From Yuukianura sp. NJ FZ-2021 (Eukaryota), in NCBI GenBank assembly GCA_046563655.1, contig CM102285.1, positions 13,826,001 through 13,890,000 on the forward strand: a DNA stretch of 64,000 nt, read 5' to 3'. Of this stretch, positions 34,901 through 46,900 are shown piece after piece (position 1 is the first letter of the stretch; every line of letters begins with the position of its first letter). The notes beneath the pieces are model-generated. The model did no database searches, had not been told where the DNA came from, and saw nothing but the letters and a program-made list of their open reading frames with translations. The position numbers were made by a program, and so were the translations under genes.

Positions 34901-37450
34901 CTATGGGCTTCCGTCCCAGAACCATGCTTTTCCAAAAGCTGCTCTGCATCAGATGCTACCAAGGCATCGCACCTCCAAGTCTGAGTCTGAATCTTTTAAT
35001 GGGTGAGAAAAATTTAGTACAAGGAAGGAAGGCTTATTTTGACTGATTTTTGAAAAAATATCAATAGTTTTGTTGAATTTTTGAAGAATTTGAATAAGTT
35101 TGTACAATTTTGGAGAAATGTCAATTTTGTTGAATTTTTGAATCATAGTCCACCACAACCACGCGGTCCACGGAGAACAAATGCAAATGGGAACGGTGGA
35201 GATCCAGGCATGATGAATGGAGGTCACATGTACAATCCGCAACGGAAATCGAGCAACCATGGACATGGTGGCCACAACACTGCTCCGGCTCCTCTTCTAG
35301 CAATGGCACCCCAGGCACAAGTAACTAATCACATTTCATCTCACAGTCATAGTCACAATCATCACAACAGTAGCCACTCTGCTGCGTCAATGAGCAACAA
35401 CGCTCCCTCAAATTCCCACTTGGGGCGCAATGGGCATCTCCACTACTCAAGTCTTCCGCCACAGTCCGTGCCTCATGTTCAAACAGAGACCTATCATCGC
35501 CCTGGATACCGGATGCCAGACAACAGGTCTGAAATTACTTTTCGTCAATGTCCACTCGGACTTAACTTTTTGGATTTTGAGGATGCTAACTTTTGGTTTT
35601 GAATTGCAGACCTCGGAGTAGTTTGGGCGTTCGAAGAAGCGGACCGCGATCACGAGATGACGAAGGAAGTTTTGAAGGGAACAATCCACCTTCATCCACG
35701 AATTCATCGACTCGCAGATTTCCGTCCAACCGAGGAGGGGCTGGCTCAGATCCTGTTCCTCCACCCTCTCCCCAACCAGCGGCACAAGTTACGGGAACCA
35801 ATCATACGGCTGTACAGACGACTGGATCAAGCAAGTTTGATCTGGAAGTCTCATCCTTTCCACCACTTCCTGGTGCGGCAAACTCTGGCAGACGGAATGG
35901 GGACTCGCCATACGAAGGACGGTAGGACAATGACCTTGCGACCTTGTACTATTTGGAAATTTGTGGAAAATGTTTGTTCATTGGTTGCTTTTTTTGTAGG
36001 TTGTCTGATGTCGTCAAGGGCGTCAAGAACGTCAAAATTACGTCCACCTCATCTCCAGCTGAAAAGGAAGACTTTGGGCAGGATCCAGTGAACAACTCCA
36101 GTATTCCTGGGAATCAGAGTCCGCGTCCTCCCGGTGCTGAAGTTGTGGTGAGCGCTGGAAGTGCTGGAACTGAAAGTCCGACCAGCAGCGCTAATACCTA
36201 CGTTGTCTCTGCTGCCTCGCCAACTGGTGAGATGGAGAGCAACTACAAGGAGAAGGGAACAGACCCACTACCTCCGCCTAGTCAAGTATCTGCCACAGTC
36301 TCATGCTCTACTTCTACTGGAGTCCCAGTCTCCTCCAAGAAGGAGTTTAGAGAAGTCGGAGTCGGCAGTGCTGGTGACAGCCAAGACGTATGTGCCTCTA
36401 GCTCAAAGTAAGTAAAATTGTACTTCAAAAAAAGTCAATTTCGGTTTTTCATTCCTAACTGCTAAGCTAAAGTTTGAGATGCTGGTGAGTGAGACTGATT
36501 TGCATGTTGACGTGGTTTGTAGGGAGTTGTATGTCAGCGGAACACGGATAAAGGAGACAGCAGACAAGTCAACTCAATCAGTTATTGTGAAAACTGCATC
36601 TACTTCTACAGTGCCAACCCCAACCCATTCTAAATCAGTTTCTGGATCAGAAAACAATTCCAAGAAAGTAAGTTTTTGACTTGCAATTTGAAAATTAACA
36701 TATAGAAAGATGCTTAAGTTTAGTTTAGTTTATGTTAAGCGTAGTCTCTGTGTTGCTTCCTCGTCTTTTCTGTGACGACGGACAGTGTCTACTGAGACTT
36801 ACAGCAATAACGCCGTTCTTTTAATTTTTCGCTACAGAGCAATCTCTTTTTCGAAAAGAACTTTGTAACAGTTATCTTGATTTTCATGATTCAGCACCAG
36901 GATTAGCAGACAAGTGCTGGCAGTAGTAATCTAGGCTTGGATACATTAAGATTGATGAACAAAAAACTTATCTTTTTGTCGCTTGTTTTTGTTTTTGCAG
37001 GGAGTTAGGCCTGAAGAAGGCGCTGAGAGTGAGAAGAAGGAGCCAAGTTCCTCTGACTCAACTAAAAACTGTGCTGATGAGAGTTGCTCAAGCGATCGTG
37101 GGGGTCCTGTACGCTTGAGCTATGCTCAAGCTGCTCAACGGATCGCTACCAATGCCAATTCTTGCGCTATTGACAAGCCTCAAGTCTCTCCCACTGGTAC
37201 TAATATCTCAGCTCCTCCAGCTGAAGATGCAAAGAAGGACTCTGCTGGAGGACGGAACGGAAAAGATGGGCAGCGCCAAGGAAAACCAATGACTTCTGGT
37301 CCTCCTCCACCGCGCAGTGGCGGCTCCTCTTTCAAACGTCCACCATTTTCTGGTCGGAGAGAAAGAATATTTTCCAATGGTTCAACCTCAACGAATCGTA
37401 CGGGTTCAAGCAGCGGAGGCTCAACACAACCGGCAGAACACAAGAATTGA
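28941..37450 (+). CDS. LARP4: La-related protein 4 (La motif + RRM)
   Basis: La motif LLAQLEYYFSPDNLANDKFLVSQMDSDQYV, RRM RTVVIVRGIP...[43 protein letters not shown], and C-terminal KFDLEVSSFPPLPG and RLSYAQ motifs. Upstream exons 28941-29243 and 29310-29658 join in phase to 33263. A shorter isoform could start at ATG 33274. Confidence 0.92.
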
Positions 37451-38689
37451 AATTAACACTTAGGAAATGCTGGGAGGAAGGCCGAGACCAAAGCTTCTTT
37501 CGAAATGGAATTCGAATTTGTGTGTCCTTGGAATTTTGGAACGATTGGTGCATGGAAAATGAGTGGTGCACGACAGGGAGGGGTTTTACTTTTACTTTTT
37601 TTCGCTCTCAAACTGGATCTTTTCTCTACACTCACAATTTTGGACCTTGGACTACTTCTTTAATCAACTAAATTAAAAAGCACTGGAATCGTCGTCTGTT
37701 TCTGGATGGATATCAACGTTAACCCTCCCAGTGGCCCGCGCAACTAAAACAGGAAGTAGAGTAACACAAAAATATTATTTAGTTTATATGTTAACATAGT
37801 GTCGTTAAAAGTACTTGCGAAAACGTTTAGGCCGTGGTTATGCCGCTGGACTTTGTTAAAAACCTAATAACTAGATTCTGATAGATTCCATTTTGGATGA
37901 TTAAGGTAGGTGCAGCCAGGTAACCACCTTAAGAAGTGCAAGTAACCCCACGAGTTGTATAATTGGTTGGTGATGGTTATAACGATGGTTACGAAGGTTA
38001 TGGCTAATATTGTTTAAAACAGTCAATTGAACAGTATGTTGAAAGGTTATGTCAAAAATGCGCAGGTCGTAACGTATGGGCTTAAAAACGGAGCGTGGGT
38101 CAGTTGATTAGTTTTTTTTTTGGATTAGGATTCGGTTTGGGTTTTAAGGGGATTACAAGTGGGTTTACGATTTAGGTTTAAAATATCGGTTTTCTTGTGT
38201 TTTTTTTTTAATTTCTGTTTTCCGATTGTGTTTTTTGTGCTGTTTTCAAAAATTATCCGCCCCTCCCCCACAATTTTCGACTTAATTGTAATTTAGAATA
38301 ATAGTTAATTTCTTGTATGGGTTAAGAATCATGTTTATTTTAACGCCTGAAAGGACGAAAGACGAAAATTGATCTTTTGACCTCGGTTTGATCTTTTCCC
38401 AATTCCAGTTGCAATGGCATTCTAAACAGACATTTTTTTCGGAATTCGCGGTTTTTGAAAAAAAAAAAATGATGTCTTTACACAGCAGCATGTAGGAATA
38501 ATTACCTAGGAAAGATTGAATTTAGAATTTTAGTAATTTTCTGTTTAGGGTTTTTTTTTTCAGTTTTTGCTCATTTGTTTCGATCAAGATTTTTTAGAAA
38601 TGGCTTGCTCTCTTAATCAAGTTTTTGCTGGGCTAAATTGGGAAAAATAGTAATGAATTTGTTAAACTTTGGTTAAAATGAATTTTGTC

Positions 38690-38752
38690 TAACTTTAGTT
38701 AATACGGATTAACTTTGGCGTAACTTTTGTTAATCCGGATTAACTTTGGGTT
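38690..38752. repeat. 31-bp direct duplication, each copy carrying a 16-bp (near-)palindrome GTTAATCCGGATTAAC
   Basis: taactttagttaatacggattaactttggcg / taacttttgttaatccggattaactttgggtt, in the presumed LARP4 3' UTR. Confidence 0.7.
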
Positions 38753-40959
38753 AAAGTTCTGTTGAATTGGTTTCCAACCCGCAAAATGTCCAGTGCCCTC
38801 TCCTTGCCTCTCACACCATACTCGAGCCTTTTAAAATTCTATGAAGGACATCTGTATTCAGTTGGTAATCGTTGGAAGTTTAAGTACTCTTGTCAGATTT
38901 TAACTAATGTCAACTTCTTAGAATCTTAAACTTTTGAAAACTAGATTTTTAGAAAGTCTATCGACGGAGTACTAAACCGAAAGCGACTAAAATTTCCATG
39001 ATCTGTGACTCTTGTTGATGATCCTAAACTAAAGTTGTTGAAGTCCCGCCTTCAATTTTTTCTTAAAATGCCGCTAATGAGACTGCCCTTATTCTTGAAA
39101 GAATTAACAAAAAACCATATTTGCTAATTAGAATTATGGAGTAGTTGAAAGTTTATAGTGTCATAGTTTGTGCTTAGGAATATTAATTGATCATTGTTAA
39201 TTAATTCCTAACTGTTAGTAAGGAGCGGAAGAAAGCGTTCTAAGTCTTAAGACAACTCTTGCAAATGCCTTTTGATTATTAACGATGATGTATTGATTGA
39301 TGAGCGAAGAGAATCGCATGAATTGAAGGTTTTAAGACACATGAGCCTTCACGCATGGATTCTCGTATTTAAGGTTATCATGACTTAAGAGAAATTTAAT
39401 TAGTTAAGGATTCAGAACAAAAAGAATTGTCTATTATAATTTATTATTATACTATATAAAAATTACGAGGTATTGTGTATTAAGAAGAATTTTATGGTCT
39501 CCTTCTATGACGTTATTAGAGAGAAAAGAATCAAAAGTGCATAATCAGGAGGACAGGTCAACAGGTCAGGCTGGCAGGTCAACAGATCCGGTCATTTTGA
39601 AGGTTAGGTATAAAAAGAGTGCATAAAAAACTGGAATTGCTTGTTGAATTCTTAGCTAAACTATTATAAACTTATTAATTGCGATATAATAATAATAATA
39701 ATTTCATACAATATAATTTAGACAAAAAACGGTTCGGTAAAAAACAAATTATACACAATATTTGCGCCAGCGGAAAAGGAGTTAGAAGAGAAAAAAACGT
39801 TTTTTAGTCGCTGTGATAGCTCCAATATTATTGTTTTTTGTGTGTTAATTAATTAATTAATTGTTCTTTGCGCATCTCCGTCTTATTACAGATCAAAAAA
39901 TATTATCCCATCGTAATTTAAACCAAAACACAAAGGAAAAAAACTATGGGGGGGAGTTAAAATACAAAAAAAAATGAATTATTATTATTATTATTAATCA
40001 TCATCGATTGATTTAAATGTGATGAAGGTCGAGAGATGGGTTTATATAAAAAAATATTAATAATAATAATTATTATTATTATATTACAAAAAAAAACATT
40101 TTAGTAAAAATTGTGGAGAGTTGATACAGGAGAGGGGGAAAATGGAGAAAAACTTGTAAAAGAGAATAACCAAAAAAAAGTTACAAAGAAATAAAAGGAG
40201 TAAAAAATGAATTAAAAAGAGTGAATTTTAAGATTAAGATTAGATGTTTTGATCTCTTGTGATTTAGTGGAAAGTGAGAGTGTGATGATTAGTGTTAATC
40301 AAAGAGTTAATTGAGATTAGATTAAGTTTAGGGTGGATTTGGGGAGTGGAGTCTGCGTCAAAAGGGGGATGTTGAACACAGTAGAGAGAGAGGGGGATAA
40401 GAGTTGACTCATAAAAGTCATAAACATCAAGTGAAAAAGGAGTGTTTTTTTTTGGCAAAAGTGAGTAAGATCAAGATTTTCTTGTGATTTTGTTTACATT
40501 CTGTTGAAATTGAGTAATTAAGAACTTTGGATTGAGTTTAATTGACGTATCGTTAACTTTTGGACACACAGCAATTGATTTGGCTCAAAGGTAAAGTAAA
40601 ATTCTATTTGAAATAGATATGCTTTCACTTTTGTAAATTGTGATTTTGATTCAGTTGTTGAACTTTGACCAACAGGGAGATAACGTTCAGAAAAGGGTTT
40701 CACGGATACATCTTCTACGAACGAGTGCTCTTTGCTTTGCACACAAGGACAGCTGATTTAACCACGAATTAAGTACCGGACACAATCAGCGTTCGTTGGA
40801 CACTGGACACGGGACAAGTGATCGCCATTTCAATGAAACAGAGGGTTAATCTGTGTTTGTGGTTTTCGGTGTAAAGGTGAAGGTCATCTATAGCAGAGGA
40901 GACGAAGGAAGACATCTAATTTTGGGAAAGGTCAAGGATCAATTGAATAATCAATCTAT

Positions 40960-43900
40960 ATGTGGAAGAAGATGCCGCAACCGGGTAACCACAACATGAC
41001 CAGCAAGGAGGAGAGTTCGGGTAACTTATGTTTTCCAGTGATTTAACATTTATGACACTTGGGACTTGAAATGACGTTAATTTTTGTTTGGTGGTTCATT
41101 TCTAGATGGGATAAGGGCTTTACTTGGAAAGAGTATTCGGATACTGCTCAAAACTCCAGTAAAAATGGAACTGAAAGGGGATAAAACTGAAAACAGGATA
41201 TTGGTAAGGGGAACCGTGCAGCAGGCACGGCACAATTACTAACTGGCTAATTAAATTCCTGGAATAACGCTGACAGCTAATTACTCTTATGGAATACTTT
41301 CAGGTTTTCTGTCCATGTCGTTTGTTCTGTGTCAAAGTACCAAGTCCAAGGGTAAGTAAACAACACTTCAACGGAACTGTATTGTTGGGTTTTCTGGAAT
41401 GAAACATGTCAGTTTTTTCTTTTTAGATCGACTTCCATTTTCACTATTTGGAAATTCAGTCTCTCGAGAGCAAGAAACCCAACCAGGTTAGTGTACAAGG
41501 AACAATCCAGAAAAAAACAGCAAATCGATTTCTTCATTTCTTGAATTTTGCATTTTACAGATGGTCCTCACTGTCAATGACAAAAGTCACAGTTTTCTGG
41601 CTCCTGATACAGAAAAAGTAGACGTCGTTGATAAGATGATCGTGACACTTCTGACTGCCATAAACGATACATTCCCAGGAATTCCCTTGAGGTACAGTCG
41701 ATAAGAAAACGTTCCAAAATGACTTTGAAGTCTTATTCGTTTTTTTCAGGTCTCTCTTAAGAAAAATTGACGTCATTCCTATATCAAGACTTGACTCGGT
41801 TGGATTTTGTGTGGAGAGAGGAAGTGGTGATAGCATCGAATGTGCAAGTACCTCCAGTACACCGCTGCCTTGTCCCAAATCCAAAAGCACATCTTCCCTC
41901 AGTGATGAAGCCAGCAGCCTTCTCAATTCCAGTTCCAGTTCCAGTGCAACCCTGGACAAGTCCCATGCCATTGCAGCTCCAGCTTCCTACAATCATTTTA
42001 CACTGTCCAAATGGGGACCAGGGGGTACGACAAGTTCTCCATGCGGTGGCTTTTCTACACAGTACGCTTGGATGTGCGATCTACACGGATTACCGTACCG
42101 TGAAGAAGTTGCTTGGGTAAGTTAAATCCCTTTTTCACTTATTTTTAAAAACCTAAGTTTATTTTTAACATCGATTTTCATTTTTTATTTAAAAACCACC
42201 AAAAATCTCGACCCCTTCAGGGAAATTACGACGGGTGTACGTGTAAAATTTTTCTCGTTTTCTGAAGTTTTTTCCCTGAGGTGAAAAATTGAGTTTCGTG
42301 TAAACTTTACACTGTAAATCAAGAAATCAGGACCCGGAAATGCTTGTTTAGCTCGAGGCATAAAAATTTGTTGCTTTTGTGTGCAGTTCTGAATCAGTTG
42401 AAAACGATGTTTGTAGTACGGAGCGTGGGTGTGTGATGGTTGTTATGATTAAATGTAGCATTATTGTGTTTGACCAATTTGGACTCAAGTTATTGAGGCC
42501 ATAAGGACAAACACGTAACGTTTTCCCTTGTTGAGCAAATTGTTTCAGCCTTTGAGTTTCGTGCCTGAGAAATACTAAGATGGCACACAAACTTCAACCG
42601 AAGTTCCCGTTAATCGTGTCGGTAGAATCTCTCGGGGGTATTGCACTTCTGAAGAGCAACAAATTCTTGTTTGCAATCTGTTAAACCTAGCCTAGCGTTA
42701 CCCTAATGTTAAATTCTTATTTTCTACCAATCTACCCCTAAGAACAAGTTCGGAGGAGCAGAAGAAGTTAAGACTAAGATGATGATGTAAAAATATTGCA
42801 GAGGAGGGGGTGATTCTCTCGTAAGATTTAGCACGGACGAATGATGTTAGTTTTTTTTTTATTGGGACGAGTAGAAGTGCATTCCACTTAAAATTCTGTT
42901 CACTTCAAGACTTGTTCGTAAAGTGTCATAAAGCAAAAGACAGTTTTTTGGAGTGGTGAGTTCTAAGTCCCTTGGGAAAGGACGTTTTGAGAGTACTAAA
43001 ATTTGAGTGTCACCACCATAATTGGCACGAAAATGGTATTGCACGAAACAGATTTGTAAAAGTTCAAGTGATTTTGTGCTCAATGGTGCTCGGTGCTCGT
43101 CATTCGTGTTAAGGACAATTTGAGTTTTGCAATTTTGAGAAAAAACGTTCTGGGAATGTACAAAAGTGATCATCATCTTCTGCTCCATCGAAATCATCTT
43201 TTTTGTTAGAAAATTTCAAAATTCTTTGGTGAATTTTGATAAAGAAACAAGAAATTTTGGGGGAATTTTACGTTTGGTTGGTTTTCGACATGCGGATTCT
43301 GGGATTTCGGTATTGTTCGACTGAGGATGCTGGTGGTAAAGAAACTGCAAAGGTTAGGGAGAGAATTAAGTTGAGATAAAAATGATTATAATAATCGTAA
43401 TGTAAATTAATTAAAGTTAAAACGTTAATTAAACTTGGTTTTGAATTAGTTTAATAACATACTTCCGCCTGCCAACTTTTGAGACCAATTTTGTGAAATT
43501 GGAGTTAACTAGCGGAACTGATTTTAGTTTTTAACGTTATTTGCAAAAATAGAGGTTACGAGGGGAGGGTCAAAGAATTTTTGGCAAAAATTACTTTTTG
43601 TGCAGAAAATTACTTAAAATTACTTATTTTGTGCAGAGATTTTTTTAGTTCATTCTCATTGTAGTGGAGTTGTCTAACGAAAAGTTTTTGTGTTGTTTTT
43701 CAGGATGTGGATACGATTTACCTCTCCCATGATTCCAGAGAGTTGTGTCTCCGTGACTTTGATCATCTTGAGCAGAGGTGAGTAAAAGAAGAAGACTGAA
43801 AATTGGCAAAATTGAAGAAGTTTTGAGATTTTGAATTAAGTTTTTGAACCCTGGCAAAAGATGCGTTTTTTCACACTTTCCCTCCCTGAAAATGCTTGTT

Positions 43901-46900
43901 CCACTCCCGTGCCTATTCGTCACTTTAGTTGGTTTTTGTGCCCTACACGATGACTGTCGAGGTGGGAGCCAAAGACTTTGGCACAAAGTCATGGACTTGA
44001 ATGAAGTTAATTGGTTTTTGATAATGTAAAACTCATGTTGTGTTCGTTTTTTTGGTGTTTCTTCTGAAATTGGCAGAGATTCTGTGCCAATTTTAGCGGC
44101 AATGGAGTACAATACTTGGTTCAAGGCCCTGAGGCTCAGCAATGTCAAACTTTCACATGAAGCCATTGAACGATTTTTCTCAGGTAATACTTGCTATAGT
44201 ACTGTAATTGCTTTTGGTAGTTAAATTTTTAAGCATTTTTAGAAATTTGAAATTTTACTTGTGTTTTGATTAGTTGTGCGAAAGTCATTGGCAATCGAAG
44301 AAATCTACTTGGACAACATTGGAGCCAAGGCGTAAGTTTACACTTTTTTGAGTTTTGAATAATAATAAAATATCTCATATTTTTAATTTAGTAAAATTAA
44401 AATTGAAAATGAAAATTTTGTTTTGGTATTGACTGTGCCGTTTTGGTTTAGAGATGCTAGCGGAGGCGGAACTACATTTTGGTTGTATTTCTTTCAGGGA
44501 TTTTGCTCAGAAGTTGTCACTGGCGTTAAGTGCAAATGCAAGTTGTCAAGTCCATACGTTGGATTTGTCTCATAATATGATTGAAGATAAAGGTGAAGTT
44601 ACAAAAATTTCAAAAAAAAAGTTTTTTTTTAAATGTTTAAACTTGTTTTTGAATCGGACACTTTTTTATGTTTTAGGTGCTATTCACTTGAGCAATTCGT
44701 TGACAAAACTGTGTCGTGGTCCTGTGTCGCTCAACTTCTCTCACTGTGGACTGTCTGCCAAGGGTGTTGCTCAGTTTGCTCATGCTCTTGTGCTCAATCG
44801 TGCAGCTTCAAGTAGTCTAACTACTTTGAACCTCAGTGGAAACTCTTTGAAGGACGACATTAATGTAAAGTTTTACTTAAAGTTACGACTTTTTCTAATT
44901 TTGAGTGAATTTATAGTCTTGGTTGCATTTTCTTTTTAGAATCTCTGCAATTTCTTGGCTCAGCCCAATTCTGTAGCTGTTTTGGATCTGTCCGGAACAG
45001 ATTGCAGTTTGGAAACGGTATTTGGAGCGCTTTTGCGTGGATGTACATCGCATCTATCGACACTGAATTTGTCCAAGAACAATTTTGGGACGAAGAAGGG
45101 GAAGGAAATTCCACCGTCATTCAAACAGTTTTTAACAAGCAGTCTGACGCTGAAGCACTTAGCGCTGTCTGGGTGTAAACTTTCGCTGGATGCTCTAAAG
45201 TAAGAAAGTTTTTTGAAGTTGTGAAAGTTTTCTTGAAAGTTTTCATGATTTGTGTTAACTTTTGCTATTAATTTTGTTTCTTGTTGTTGTTTCTTTTAGG
45301 CAACTTTTGCTAGGATTGGCGTGTAACGAGTCGGCTGCCGATGTGGATCTGGACGTGAGTTCAAATTCGTTGGGATCACATGGAGCACATGTACTGGAAT
45401 CATGCTTGCCAACAATCAAATGTCTCTCCAGTTTGGACATTAGTGACAATAGTAAGATTTTGAAACTTACGATTCGTTTCGAATTTTCGGATTATCATGT
45501 TCTTGATTGATTTTTGATTTTTTCGAATTTTAGATCTAGAAGCAGAATTGGCAATGGTGGTTACATCTGCAAGTAAAAACAAGTCACTGAAACATCTCAA
45601 CTTGGGCAGAAATCTTCAGACGACGAAGCCAAAACATATTGCACAAGTCATGGAAGCTGTAGTCCAAGTTTTGCAGGTTAGACACACTTTGTTGAAAAAT
45701 GCTGTAGGTATATTTTTGAACTCATTTTTTGTGGTTGCAGGATGAAGAATGTGCCCTGGAATCGCTGTCACTGGCTGATTCTAAACTGAAAGGAGAGTTG
45801 TACAGTGTAATCAATGCATTAGGAAGCAATCAGTGTCTGGAGAATATAAATATTAGGTATGCTAAACTTAACTTTGATTTTCATTGGTTGCATATTGGGA
45901 TATTGAATTTTAACAATTTTTCGTTGTTTCGTTCAACAGTGGAAACCAAATGGGAGATGTTGGAGCTCGGCTGTTGGCTAAAGCGTTGCAGATCAATTCC
46001 AAGATCCGATCCATTACCTATGACAAAAATAGTATTACGTTACAAGGCTTCTCGGATATTGCTTATGGCCTGGAAAGGTATGACTTTTGAATCTATAAAT
46101 TCCGAAAATGTTGTTCATTTTGATTATTTTTGAAATTCCAGCAATACAACTGTACGCCATATGCCATTTCCTGTTCACGACTCTACGGTTTGCATGAAAG
46201 TTTCTGCTGAGAAAACTGAAAATGTCATGAAGAAGATTCAAGATCTTGTTTTCAGAAATTCACAGCCAAAGAAAACAACTAATGGTCATCAAGCGTTTAG
46301 ACTTCAACAGGTAAGTAGTTGAGAGTATCATGTTCAAGTATTTGTTTGTTGTTGTTGTTTTGTATCTTTTGTGCTGATTTGTGTTTTGTTGATTTGTAGG
46401 GATTCTTGTTGAGTTCAGCACAACAAACTGTGGATAAGTTAATCAATCAAACACAAGAATCGATTAAACAATTAAAGTCGGCAGACGCTGGAGATGAATC
46501 GGATGATGGAATCCAACGTACCATTATATCCCATGCGGAGAGTCTTATTCGTGATGCTGAAGGAGCCAAGCAGGTAATTCTTATTTCTCGATACTTGGAG
46601 CGTTCATTGGATGAAAATCTACGTAGTTTTTCGCGTTGTTGAGGGGCTCGGTTTTCCTTTTTGTAGCTGGTGTTGAACCTACACGAAATTCTGGAGCCAA
46701 AAGGAGAAGGTGGGAAGACGCTGGAATCCAAATTGCAACAAATCGCTGATGAGCTGCAATTGGTCCTTTCGGAACATGTAGAAGGCAATATTGAACAAGT
46801 TATGAAAGCTACAGAAGAAAAGTGTCCAAATATCCTTTCACATGAAGTCAAATCAGGAATCAAGGAAGGCTGTCTTTCCAAGAGCAAAATCTCACATGAC

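Noticed and set aside
36771..36800. GTGACGA...CTGA snoRNA-like motif in a LARP4 intron
   Set aside because: There is no downstream D box at a plausible distance and only a short partial match to rRNA.
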